This document shows positions 46,320 to 58,257 of a stretch of 64,000 nt of DNA, in pieces. Position numbers and translations under genes: made by a program. Where the stretch lies: the NCBI GenBank assembly GCA_965649825.1, contig OZ287701.1, forward strand, positions 237,101 to 301,100. The letters run 5' to 3'. The notes beneath the pieces are model-generated. The model saw only the letters and a program-made list of their open reading frames with translations, did not search any database and was not told where the DNA came from. The number at the start of each line of letters is the position of its first letter. Position 1 is the stretch's first letter. This stretch comes from Penicillus capitatus (lineage: Eukaryota > Plantae > Chlorophyta).

Positions 46320-47258
46320 ATGAGAACGATCGCGATCGCCACCGCGAGCTTCTCCGTATGTACAGGTCTCTTCGGTGTACTACGACGGCGAGTTTTCGAT
46401 TCGATTGCGTCCACCAATGCGGCCGTTTCTGGATTACATGCGATCGCGATGATCATCGTGAGCTATGTCGTCTTATCGAGCAGCCGTGACACTCCAGAGA
46501 ACTCAAAAGACGTCACACCGTCGCCGATCGTTAAGTACTGTGCACGACGCCACACTTGAATGACGGTTCTTGTGTTTTCTTCAGATCGATGCACTTTCTG
46601 TATCGCTGGGCTACTTTGTGTATGATTTCTTCTCGTCTTTGGCAATGGATACAGAAAAGAAGAAGTTCAGTGCCACGACACATCTACATCACCTTCTGGC
46701 CATTGCTGGCACAACGAGCGCTCTCTATGCGAAACGCGTTCGTCCACTGTAATGTTGCACGTCACTCTAGAGAATGATGCACTAGGGTGGAAGAGAAGTG
46801 CTGACGAGCATTTTCCTTGCCGAAATCTCGACACCGTTTCTTCATCTACGAACGCTTCTAAAGGTCAAGCCCGTTTGTAGAGTGCTGTGTGCCGATATGT
46901 TGAGGTACAGGAGCAAACCCTTGTTGGAAAACGGCTGCTACGGATTATTGAAGTGAAGATCGATTCGGTAAATGATGGATCATCAACATGTCGTGTCTTA
47001 GGTTCTCTTTGCGCTATCCTTTACGATCTTTCGCATCGTGATCTGTCCGTTCTTAACGTATCATACGCTGGTAACAAAGGAGATCGCATTACCCGTAAAG
47101 GTAGGAGTCGATTGGCAAAAGAGCAGACGAGCCGTCGGAATCGTGGGTGTCTATAGGTGACAGGCGTGGCGCTGCAGCTCTTAAGTGTTTACTGGTTTGT
47201 GATGATCATTCAAATCGGCCGTGTAAGATCTGATCACAAGAATGCCAAAGAGAGATAG
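46320..47258 (+). CDS. TLC (TRAM/LAG1/CLN8) domain membrane protein
   Basis: VSGLHA, SLGYFVYDFF, HLHHLLAI, LAEISTPFLHLR, FTIFRIV and LSVYWFVMII across several GT-AG introns. Confidence 0.85.
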
Positions 47259-47768
47259 TGGTTCGTTTGATCGATGTTTCTTCCAGAAGGGACAGTATGA
47301 GAACGGACGCATCGGATGACCGTGCAAATCGACGAGTTGGAGTTCTACCTTAGCAGCGAAAAGCTGATCTAGTTATGATCGCGTTCTGTCTGTGGACGAC
47401 GGACGATACTTCTTCAGTCTATGTCGTGAAAAGTAACTACTCCATGTAAAGCAACGTGATCCCAGATGCACATGTAACGGATGAATTGCAGATTTTCGTT
47501 TAACTTGCTGTTCAGCGTCTTTCCTGTCAATCATACCACGATTTGATGCAACGGCAGATAAAACACCAATCTAACAGGCAGTTTGGACAGACAGCTATGA
47601 TACCGCAGACATTTGCTCAAATGGCATAGATAGAGACACTAAGGCTTCACAATTGTTGATGGTTTGGCTTGAAATCCTTCGGGTATTCAGAGAAACACAT
47701 CGCTAAGGGGTACGCACGCACGCACGCGACTCGTCTTTTCAATTTGATCTTAGGCATGCCTTACCAGA

Positions 47769-49004
47769 TTAACATTTGTGGGATTTTGAACACGAGGTGG
47801 CGACTCCTGTTTCCATTTCATCATCTTTTCCGAACTGCTCTCGAAACGCTTCTTCATTCAGAATGGCATCCGGAAAGCGCCACTTCTCCGAACCTGATCA
47901 CATCGAATGTCCGATCGATCACAGAACCGTCAATAAAATGTATGACCGGGGACAGAGGACGCCTCACTCTGCCTCTTGCGAATCGCATCTCGAGTGGCCT
48001 CGTCTAAACGTCCAAGCAATGTTTCGCGTTCTGCCTCAAGATCCGAAATGCGCGCCGCCTTTATACAACACAGTCGACAGGCCATCGCCTTTGAGAGCAT
48101 ACCAGCTGCAGTTCAGCATCTCGTCCATACAGGCGAATATAACAACGGTATATATTGTATGCATTCTCCGTGACGTCATCCTACACGAAGCCCATAGAAA
48201 ACCCGCCGTTCACCGGAGAGACGACTTCATAGTCCACCAGATCGTCACCGAGATCCAGCAACTCCTCATCAATCGCGAGGTATGCCAGCAACGATGCGTT
48301 TCTGCCTTTGTCGTAGAGTTGGAGCAAGATCTCGTGCAAAACCTGGAAGAGCGACGGAATGCCGTTTCCTTATGGTGTTCGATGACACACGCGATAGTCA
48401 AAGCTCTTGCAGCGACTGCACTCGTGTACACATTCGACGGTCAGCGGTTCGTTCCGGTCGGCATCTTTATGCGCAACGACCAGCGATCTGTTGATCTTCT
48501 GCTCGAGCGTCCAATACCGTTCTCCCTATCCAATCACGCCGAGGACGTCGAATGGACGATCGGCGCTTTCGCAGATCACTTGTTTCAGCATCGACTCCAC
48601 AGAGTCGTTCATCAGTCCTTGTTGACGCAGGAACTCTCGAACAGGATCGAGATCTGCACGAACGCGACGCCAGTGCGCACTCTGGCGGCTAGGTGCAGAT
48701 GGACTTGTGCTCTCCTGACGTCCTTCGCGACACGCGACTTCGTTTTGCCGATCCAGTTGGTACAGCATTCCTTCGACGTATGTAAACACATGACAGTATC
48801 GCAAGAATGCCTGCAGCGTCGCTCTGGCGCCTTGGGGATAGCTCTAACGGTTACCTGCGGCAGCTGAAGGCCATAGAGAGGAAAATACGACAGAACAAAG
48901 TCTTCGAGCGTCTGCCGAGCGTTCTTTCTAACACAGCATCGAAACGGAGATAGAGACGTAAGGGGCATTCCATACAGGTCAGCAAAGGAGAGCCGTGCGG
49001 TCAT
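47769..49004 (-). CDS. Conserved plant/algal uncharacterised protein with DDxxD motif (isoprenoid-synthase-like fold suspected)
   Basis: Spliced product contains TLEDFVLSYFPLYGL, YVEGMLYQLD, KSFDYRVLH, LLDLGDDLVDYEDDVTENAYNIYR and WRFPDAIL. The fold assignment is inference. Confidence 0.75.
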
Positions 49005-49020
49005 CGATCGAGGAACTCTT

Positions 49021-52000
49021 TTACACAGCGTCGCCTAAGCAGTCGATGACGTCTTTACACAATTCCGCGGCGTTCCATCCATAACGCTCCTCCAATGCCG
49101 ACAGCGCCGCCACTGCACGACCATCCTCTTCCTGCTCGTTTTCGCAGATCCGACGCAGAACCTGTCGCAGCAGAAAGAGACGTCGATATCGGCATTCTGC
49201 CACAGACGTCCTGGCGAGCTCCAATGCCTCCTCGTCCGAAGCGGACACAGACTCAGGGAGATCCTGAAGCTGCTGTTCCAGTGCCTCTGCTTCTTGACAG
49301 GACGTCAGGCGACGCGATTCGAGCTCCGATAGATCAAGCGTGACGGTCTTGATGCGCTCTGCCAGTTGAGCCGCTTCGCTGTACTCCTGAACAGCAAAGC
49401 GCGTCGAGGAGATGCGATGCCTTCCGATGGCAATACCTTCGCGCCCAGAGCGACGCGTTTGGCTCCCATGATCTGCTGCAGCTCGTCTTCCTTCTCCTGC
49501 ACCTGAGCATTCATCGAAGCGAGATCCTCATCCAGCGCCGCTTTGGACGCAACTAGCGTCTCTCTTTGCCGTTTCTTATCGTCCTGTTCCTCCTTGAGCG
49601 ATGAAAATCTGTCCAGCGACGCATCGAATGTCTTCTCCATTGCAGAGAACTGACGTTCCAGGACTGAAACACATTCAGATAGAGGCCCTCATCGAAGAAC
49701 GGCGATGGCGAGATCTCACCGTCGAGAAAACGTGTTGTCTCTTGTGTCTTTGTCAGCGTGTCCACCATCGTTGTCAAAGACGCCTCCAACGATGCATTCT
49801 ACACACATCTGTTCTCGCAGAGATTTTTATCAGGACGTCCGAGCAGACACCTCCGATTGCGTTTTGTCCTCGAAAGCTTTCTTAGCCGATCGGTGCTTCT
49901 CCATTTCGGCCGTTCTCTCGTCCACGTCCCCTTCTGCTGTCTCGAGTTTCTCGACCTCTTTCTGCAAGTCGCTGTCCTCTGGCATCGCATCCTTTATCTT
50001 TTCCAATGCCTCGGCGGCGTTCCCAATCTCCCCTTCCACGATCTCCAATGCAGCCTCTTTCTCCCTGATGGTTGCTTTTAGCGCTTCGATCTCTTGCCGC
50101 AGCGTCTCGCTCTGTCGCGTGCCGTTCTCGAACTGCGTCTTCATTTCATCACGGACGTGTCGGTTATGCTCTTCAACCCTTTTCTTTTCCGCCTCGTGTG
50201 CTGCCCTCTTCGAATCGACGGTCTCCTTAAGCTCCTCCAACGCGCTCTGTTTCTGCCGTACTGTCTCTTCCAGTTGCTCCTCGGTCTGTCACACAACGCA
50301 CACTCACAAGCATACCACAACCTTCGGCCATCACTCGTCGAAGCTTCTCCTGAACCGACTGCGTCTCTTCCTGATGCCGCACTTTGACATCCGACAATTC
50401 TTCAGACGCTTTCGAGAGATGCTCTTCCTGAAAACCACACCGCATTTATCGAACGATGATCTGTCGTCTGTGCACACCATTCTTTTCAAAGAAGCCTGTT
50501 CCTGATGCACCACTGCGATGAGATCGCCGTCGCCATCTGAAGAGATGTGATCCCCTTCGCCGGCCTCATCATCTACGCTCTCCACTTGAATCTGTCTTAG
50601 AAGACGGTCATCGGAATCGTACTGGATGTCCATCGCGACTGCAGTTGTTGTAGGAGTGTCACGAGAACGTGCTTGGAATGCTGCTCGTTGCTCTGCAGCT
50701 CCTGCAGTTTCTCCTTCGCCTCTCGTTGCAGCCGCGCAGCTTTGTCCTCGAGGCTCTCACTCTTCTGTACTTCGGCTTCCTTCTTCACACCATTCGCTGT
50801 CAATGTCTGTGTCACAGATGGTGTCGGGTCCTCTGTCAAGACATCCATATCTCGAGCCTTCTGCGCTGTCGGCTTCGAAGGAACAGAACGCTGCGATGTT
50901 CCCACGTCAAGCTGCAGGACATCTGCTTGAGCCGTCGACGGATTCTTCGGCCCTCTACCCAGTCCAACCTGCATCTTGATCTTCTTCGTCGATCGACCGT
51001 GGGCCACAGGCAATGACGGGGCATCCTTCGATCGCGGCGATGTTTCCGAAACGATCGATTCTGCGTCACATCCATAACACAACTGACATTCTCGCATCGC
51101 AGGAGAGATGCCACACCATTCGATTTTTCTGTTGATGGAGGCACTGCGGTATCCAGAGGAAGGAGTTCGCTGAACATGTCCTCGTCCAAAGGCAATCGCG
51201 TCGATGCTAACACATCAGCCACCGTCAAAGACCCATCTCGTTATCGTTCGAATCCATCACCTGTCGTTTCCTGATCCGATGTCGGAGGCTCAGATGTCAT
51301 CGGCGTCTCCTCTTGGGCCTCGCGTGAACTTAGCAACGTCATTCCGCTAACCGTCCATCGCATCTCACACAGAATCGAGTTGCGGAGGGATTAGACCTGA
51401 AGAGATCGAATTCCATGGGGGCCGGCTCTGGCGGCTGAGGCGTTTCGTTTGGCGTGGGTGTGCACAGGCGCTCCGTCAGAATCTGCAACTGTCGTTGCAC
51501 TTCGTTCGATTGCCTGGAGAACAGCAATGCGATTCACAGCCGCAAGGATGCACAGTCTGTGGTCACTCTTTCCAGACGACCTTTGTCTCGTCCTTCTCTT
51601 CCATACGGTCGACGAATGCTTTGAGTTTGTCCCCTGAGTCACACCTTTAATCTATCATGTCCTCCTCACTGTGTCATGGACCTAATCGGGCGGCTGTGTT
51701 AAGAGCAGACATTCGTTCGGCCATGTCTTGTTGTGCGTTTGCCGCGGTGGCGAAGAGCTTTTCCATCTGAGAAGGACAACGGAGACGTCTGATGCCGGGT
51801 GCAGCAGGGCCGAGACGGACAGCACCTCCGTGATGCATTTTTCGGCGTCCTGTCGCGAAGTGCTGTTTTCGTGATCCCCGCTGGAGCCTTTGGAGAAAAT
51901 CCGACGCAACATGTCCGTTGTACAAAGCGACGAGGCGTCCTGGAGTGCCGGCCAACGCTTGGCAAGCGTGATGTGACAGCTGTCGCGTGACAAGCCAGTC

Positions 52001-52848
52001 CGTGCATGCATCGTATCACCGATCAGCCTCTTCGGCTAAGAACGTGACGTCTTTGACGCATGATCCCACGAAGATGGTATGATTTTGGAGCCATCGATGA
52101 AGGGGAGCAGACACTGTCATCCAAATCGCTCTAGGCTTGACGTGATGTGTTTGTGGAGATAGAGGACGAACATTGCGCGGCCATAGGACATCCAAGATAG
52201 CCATATATCTCAGCTGCCACTTAAAGGCCTTGTCTCGAAGCTGTTTGTCGCTGTTTGTGTGTCTCACTTGTGTGCATTCGAGGTATCAGTTTTGCAGACA
52301 GGTGCTGTGCACACGACATAAGACCTCATCAACCGCGACGCCTTCGTCGACGATGTTGTCGTCGCCAAGCTGACGCCAAATTTCTACGGCGACCGAGGGA
52401 TGGTGCACGCACGCACCAACACAAACCCTTCCGCACTTTAGCCACAACATTTTCTGCGGGAGACAATGGATTGTTGCACGCGGCTTGTGTGGGATAACAA
52501 CGAAGACTGTGGAATATGCAACCAAGGGATGCATCGATGGCCGTGGCTATCGCAGTCAGTGAATGGCGTTTCACAATGTGGCCGTGCCTCGATGATGCCC
52601 CGTAGATTACCTTAAGGACAGGCGTCTCGGCAACGATAGCGCATTCACCGAGAGTGAGCCGATTCTCAGATAGCCAAATTCGCGAGGGCATTGTCAATGC
52701 CAGGAGCAAAATCGCACGACGCTGCACGGCCGAATCGCGAACGGTTAGTCGACGGTCTCGTCGTGCTCCTCGATCGAACCGTCGTCGACTTCGTTGATGG
52801 AGCGGCGGTTTCGGGCGATGGTGATGGCGCCTCGACGTTCCAGGGCAT
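49021..52848 (-). CDS. Long coiled-coil protein with a UVR-like motif near the C-terminus; the N-terminal exons (about 51450-52848) may be a separate gene
   Basis: Extended Glu/Lys heptad-rich exons at 49300-50900 and KRVALGAK|YSEAAQLAERIK. Last exon ends at TAA 49021. Upstream exons can be joined in frame but are unverified. Confidence 0.6.
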
Positions 52849-53089
52849 TTCTCGCGCTGAATCGTCGATGTTGCCTCCTTCGGTCCAGGAGAACACGCGT
52901 CACATCAAGGCATCAGTCACCAGAGGGCACCCATCGATCGAGGCAGACCTTCACGAATATCGAACCGCAGGCACCACGAGACCGTCGACCTTCGTGCTCG
53001 AGTCGATCTCTCAGAATTTAGCCTAGCCGAAATAAAACCCTCGGTTGATCAGGCAGACCACCATCATCATGTCCACAGAGAGCGATTCC

Positions 53090-55065
53090 TCATCGACTTT
53101 GCAAAGGCGCTGTCTTCCCGTCCAATTTGCGTCGCACCTCGTGGAGCTTCTCCACCACCGTCGTTCGAAATTCCTCCACGCGTCCTACAGCAATCCCCGC
53201 AGACTTGTCTCTGTTCCCACGCGTCGTGGATACCCACCCATGAGTTCTGTCGTTGTTCTGATGCTTTGCTCGCCAGCCATGTCTAATCTTGTCCACAAGG
53301 CATTGAGACTGACGTCCTTGCGTGGGGAAGGCTTCAGCACATGAATATAGGGTGCATCCCATCGTGATGTGACAAATCGCGGCAACGTGGTCTCGAGTTC
53401 ATCGATGATCTGTGCTTTGCTGCAGAGATTCCACAGCCTCTCATCTGCCATGACCTACACCCCATCGCCCCTTTCCAGGCCATCCACCAGATCTCACTCT
53501 TTCACACTTTTCCATAAGCATCTGTCATGATGGCGATCAAGAGATTGAGCAACATGATGGCCATGATGGACTGATAGATGAGAAAGAAGACAATGGCCGC
53601 CTCTTTGTTCTGGCTCTCGTAGAAGACTTCGAAATGGAAGCCGCCCAACATGAAGGCAAACATCGACACGACAGATCTGTAGACATTCTTGAACGTCTGT
53701 CACATCACAGAGATCCGTACAGATGCGCCACGAAAGGACTGGTATGGGGACCTTGTCTTCATCCTCGCCCTCATCGATCTCGATCACTTCATCTCTGTAC
53801 AGGATGCTGAAGGCGATGCCAAAAGAGAGCATGGTCAAGAAAATGAAGAGCAGAAACCATTTGACATCACCAAGGACGACCTTCAAGGTGTCCACCAACG
53901 ATCCACGCGATGTATCGAACACGCTGCAGATATGGAAGGTCGGTCACACAAGGTGCGTAGCTACCGAGAAGCTACCGTGAGAAGTACTGGATCTTGGCAA
54001 AGAGCAGAATACACTGCGAGGCAAGAATGACGGAGAAGGCGCCACTGTCCACGTACGTTCGGTCGAGATAGAGACTCAGAATGGCCACCTAGTCACATCA
54101 TGTCTCCATGACCGACGACGGCGTGGACAGACCTGGAGCGAATACATCGAAACGTCGATGACATTCCAGAACTGCCGGAACCAGCTTTTGCCGTAAGACC
54201 ACATGGTATTGAGCTCGATGATAAGGAAAGGAGACATGAACGCAACGGAACACGCACAGGAGAGAATCGTCAACTGTCCTCTCCGACCCGAATCCCACAC
54301 CTCTTCCAGATTCAACGTCAAATCTTCATCCTGCACACGGTCCCCGGTATGGCAGGGCGACATGGAGGGCGGAAGGCCTACGACGAAAGCGAAGGCAAAG
54401 ACGATGGTGCTTATGAGCCACAGGAGATAGAGAACAAACTCCGCCACCAGTACTTTCCTGGCCCACTTCGCCCATTTGTAGTAGAGAATGGTTTGCACAG
54501 CTGGGAGAGCGAAAACGGAGAGAGGTGCCGCTTTGGACTGCCATCGAACGAGAATGGGCTGCAAGAGACCGACACCTGGAGGCCCAGCGGCGTGAGACAG
54601 ATTCACAACATGTGCCTCCAATTTCACGCGCTGATTGAATCCTGCTCCACGAGGCCATTCGGTGGTGGCATGAGGTAGAGGAGAATGCACCTGCTGCTCG
54701 TATTTGTTCTCCCTTTGAGCTCCGCGTCCAGGTGTCTTGCAAAACACGTGTCCATTTTCCCTCCCAGTCCACTGGTCGATTCTCCTCCATTCCCATCGTC
54801 AACATCGGTGCCCCTTTGAAGGCACAGACGAGATACTTTTCCTAAAACGGCGGCGCTTCTCAGTGAGCGTCGTTTTTCAAAGCGTATGGGGCTCCACTTC
54901 GATTTCGAATTCGCCGAGCTTCTCGGTGCCAAATCGTTCAATACTGTCCAGGACCTGTTCCGGATCCTGCAGGAGGGACTTGACATCGAGGTCTGCCGAG
55001 CCGAACTGCTCGGCGAGGGAGAGCAGCTCGCGGAACGCTGTCGAACTTCCGCCTTCTTGAGACAT
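53090..55065 (-). CDS. Divergent TRP-like 6-TM channel (TRP-6)
   Basis: EKLGEFEIE, LPAVQTILYYKW, WNVIDVSMY, pore FAFMLGGFHF, MLLNLLIAIMTDAY and LCSKAQIIDELE. Intron positions are shared with TRP-1 to TRP-5. Confidence 0.85.
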
Positions 55066-55220
55066 GATACGCGTCGTTCAGCAGTCGCCCCGAACAAACG
55101 CACGCAGTCGTGTGTCCGTCACATCAAACCCCAAATATGACGCGGTGTCCGATGTGTCGAATTCTCCTCTCCACAACCTCGCGTTTGCCGTTACGGTCTC
55201 GACCCCCTTTGCAAAGACGT

Positions 55221-56666
55221 ATGGCACAGGAGTCCACTTCAGTTTTTCTGCCGTCCGTCGAGACGACGATCGAATTGAGTCCTTTAGACAACTACGTCAC
55301 GACCTTCGCCAGCATTCCATGGACCGTATTTTTTCGCTATGATTTGTCCGGGGAGAAGCTCAAAAGCGCTCTCGAAAAAATCGCCGTCGCGTATCCCGTC
55401 GTCTGCGGACGACTGAAGTCACATGCGGAGAAGAGGTTGGAGATTGTGGTCTCGCCAGATGCCGGATTTAGTTACACGGAGACGCAGAGCGACAAGACGC
55501 TCAAAGAGGCCATCGCCGAAGCACGTGTCACGGAGCAGTCGGCTGCCTTCCCGAGTTTTGCTCAGTTGCCGTTCTTCGCGGCGCAGATGGTGACGCCCAT
55601 GACCATCGATCAAGACGCTCCGCTTCTCATGGTAAAGCTCATCCACTACACCGATGGCGGCTGCAGTTTCGCTACGACCGTGCATCACACCATCGCCGAT
55701 GCTCAACGCCTGTGCGAACTCATGGTCGACATCGCTATCGCCTATCAAGGCAAAGATTTACGCATCGTCGATCACGATCGATCGAGGACGTGGCCAGATC
55801 AGCTCGTCGACAAAGCGCCCGTCGAACTTGATCCCAACGATTTCCCGCGTGTCATCACGACGCCGTACGATGCGGTGAATTTGCCGAGTCATCCCGACGA
55901 GACCTATGCCGTGGAGTCCGTCTATTTCCCTCTGGACGAAGTGATCGCGATGAAGAAGAAGGTCACGGCCGAGGTGACGGAAGTGGAGTTCGTTTCGCAG
56001 ATCGACGTGGTGGCGTCACTGCTCTGGATGGTCCGTTGTGAACTGGCAGCCATGCGTGAGGGCCGCACCGAACCCGTCAAGACCGCCGGCGATCTGAACA
56101 TTTACAACTCGTTCTGCCTCTACTTTGTCGATCTCGTCTCCAAAGAGTCGCCGCTCATTCCGGACAACTTTTTCGGCAATGCTTACTTCGGCACATTGGC
56201 CAATGTCCCAGAGGCGACGTCCGAAGAGGCCAAGGAGAAGGATCTGTTCCAGACACTCGTCGTCGCGGCGACCGCGATGCGGAAGCACGTTTTGATGATG
56301 CAGCAGCCGGCGGCTCAGGTCATGGCATGCATCGAGGTTTACAAGGCACTGTCCCAACCTCCGGCCTATCCTCCCATCATCGCCGGAATCAGCAGCTTCT
56401 ACAAAATGCCGTTTGATCAGATTGATTTCGGCGAGGGTCCGCCGATTCTCAACTACGGTTTGCCTTCCTGTCCCTTTGGAGAAGTCTGGGGAGGCATCTG
56501 TCCCACGAGCAATGGCAAAGGGATCATCGTCAATTACGTTGTCCGCAGCAGAGATAGACAAGCGACCCTGGAATCGGCCGTGCTGAAGGAATTGCTGCCT
56601 GGTTTCATCATGTTCTCTGAACAGAAGCCAGATGACATCGCCAAGCTCATTGGCCTCAGTGATTGA
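55221..56666 (+). CDS. BAHD-family acyl-CoA-dependent acyltransferase, intronless
   Basis: Single 481-codon ORF with catalytic HXXXD (HHTIAD), DFGWG-like DFGEG, and N-terminal LSPLD and YPVVCGRL. Confidence 0.92.
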   Translation: MAQESTSVFLPSVETTIELSPLDNYVTTFASIPWTVFFRYDLSGEKLKSALEKIAVAYPVVCGRLKSHAEKRLEIVVSPDAGFSYTETQSDKTLKEAIAEARVTEQSAAFPSFAQLPFFAAQMVTPMTIDQDAPLLMVKLIHYTDGGCSFATTVHHTIADAQRLCELMVDIAIAYQGKDLRIVDHDRSRTWPDQLVDKAPVELDPNDFPRVITTPYDAVNLPSHPDETYAVESVYFPLDEVIAMKKKVTAEVTEVEFVSQIDVVASLLWMVRCELAAMREGRTEPVKTAGDLNIYNSFCLYFVDLVSKESPLIPDNFFGNAYFGTLANVPEATSEEAKEKDLFQTLVVAATAMRKHVLMMQQPAAQVMACIEVYKALSQPPAYPPIIAGISSFYKMPFDQIDFGEGPPILNYGLPSCPFGEVWGGICPTSNGKGIIVNYVVRSRDRQATLESAVLKELLPGFIMFSEQKPDDIAKLIGLSD

Positions 56667-57144
56667 TTCTTTAGACCCTATACTTAAATTCTTCTGCTAT
56701 TTTTACCTTTGATTTATTGGTGCATTTTTTTGGTCTGTCTTGTACTGCGGCCATTTGTTCCAACCATACAGCCTGACGGTTTGTCAAATTTCCAATTTGT
56801 TCACGACAGACGAAAACGCGAGGCAAAGCGAAGGACTTTGGCAAAGGGCACATGCATCCGTGCTGCTACGACGATGCGAAGTGCGTCGGAAAAATCAAGG
56901 CGGAGTTGACGGATTAGCTGCCTTTTCTCCGACGGATCACAATGAACGGTTGATTCAATGCATCAAGAAAACGACGCGGCCTCCACCACGAACGACGGCC
57001 GTTCAAACGGATCGGCTCCGAGGTATAAGGACCGTCAGAACGCTGAAACTTAAGTCTATTGTTTTCTTGCAGCATTCTTATCGCAGTTACCCCTCTGTCA
57101 CTGAGTTAAAGACTTGAGCTAATATCTCTTCTGAGAGTTAGACG

Positions 57145-58257
57145 ATGCATTCTGGGACGCTATCCGTTCTTTGTCTGCTTGCCCTGGCGGTCGCCGTGGC
57201 GCCCGTCGTCGCGAATTACCTCCCCGAGAAGTGCTACTTCATTCAAGTTCACGATTACTACTCTCCCTACTACACCTACCATGCCTACAAGGACGTTCCG
57301 ACGGGCTACGACTGCGCGAAGTACTGCGCCAATGGTAAGGCCGGATTCGCCTCCTAAGCTCCGTCTAAGCGCGACGATGTTGTAGACTACGAATGTCTGG
57401 CGTACACTTTTGAAAAGGACACGCACAGATGCGCCTTGAAGAACGACTCTAAGGGATGCATGGAGCTGCTTCATGCGGAGACGGGAATTAAGTACATCGG
57501 CAAATACAAGCCAGTGCTCAAGGACAACGACTTGAAGGCCGTCGTGATTTATGTCAAGGACCTTCCATACGAAGACATTTACGGATACCAGCACGGAGAC
57601 AAGTACGGAGACGCATACGGACATGGATATGGAGGCGATTACGTCGCCCATAAACCCCATGGCGGCAGCGTCGTCTCGACGTCGGCAGTTGCTGTTTCAA
57701 ACGGAGGCCTCTCCGTCGCAGAGTCGTACGCCGATAACTATGGCATCAAAACAAAGAACTACGTCTTTGGCAATGGCTACTCCTACAGCAATGCTAAGAA
57801 CCCCTACATCTCCCTCACCGTGGGATTGAAGAAGACAGGAGTGTACTACCCTGGGTATGCGATTGAGTACTACAAGGAGACAAAGCCCATCGCTGTCTGC
57901 AAGACCATCTACGGCAAAGAGGTCTACTTCTACGCTCCTAAGAAAGAGGAACCGAAGTATAACTACGGTTATGATACGCCTTGCCATCTGCAGACGGACA
58001 CAGGCTACTACGGTGCGTCTTCCTTACTGCCCTTTGTCTCGATTTCCTAAGCGATATGTTCTGTAGGCTACACAGGCACCGATCTCATCTCTACCTACAA
58101 GACCATTGAGAAGCCTGTGGCGTGCTGCGACATCTGCAGAAAAACCGCTTCGTGCCTGGCTTGGAATTACGAAAAGTACTCCAAGGATTGCTACTTGATG
58201 AAGCACGTCGTGAAGGCAAAGGCGCACGCCGGTTTCTATAGCGGTACATGCTTGTGA
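57145..58257 (+). CDS. Secreted Tyr/Lys/Gly-rich protein with N- and C-terminal PAN/Apple domains, 3 exons
   Basis: Signal peptide; DCAKYCAN|DYECLAYTFEKDTHRCALK; Tyr-rich middle; CCDICRKTASCLAWNYEKYSKDCYLM...FYSG. Confidence 0.85.

Noticed and set aside
47776-48867. 363-aa plus-strand ORF (likewise 49705-50505 +, 59877-60770 - and 56016-56561 -)
   Set aside because: Antisense shadows of well-supported genes on the opposite strand, with no motifs.
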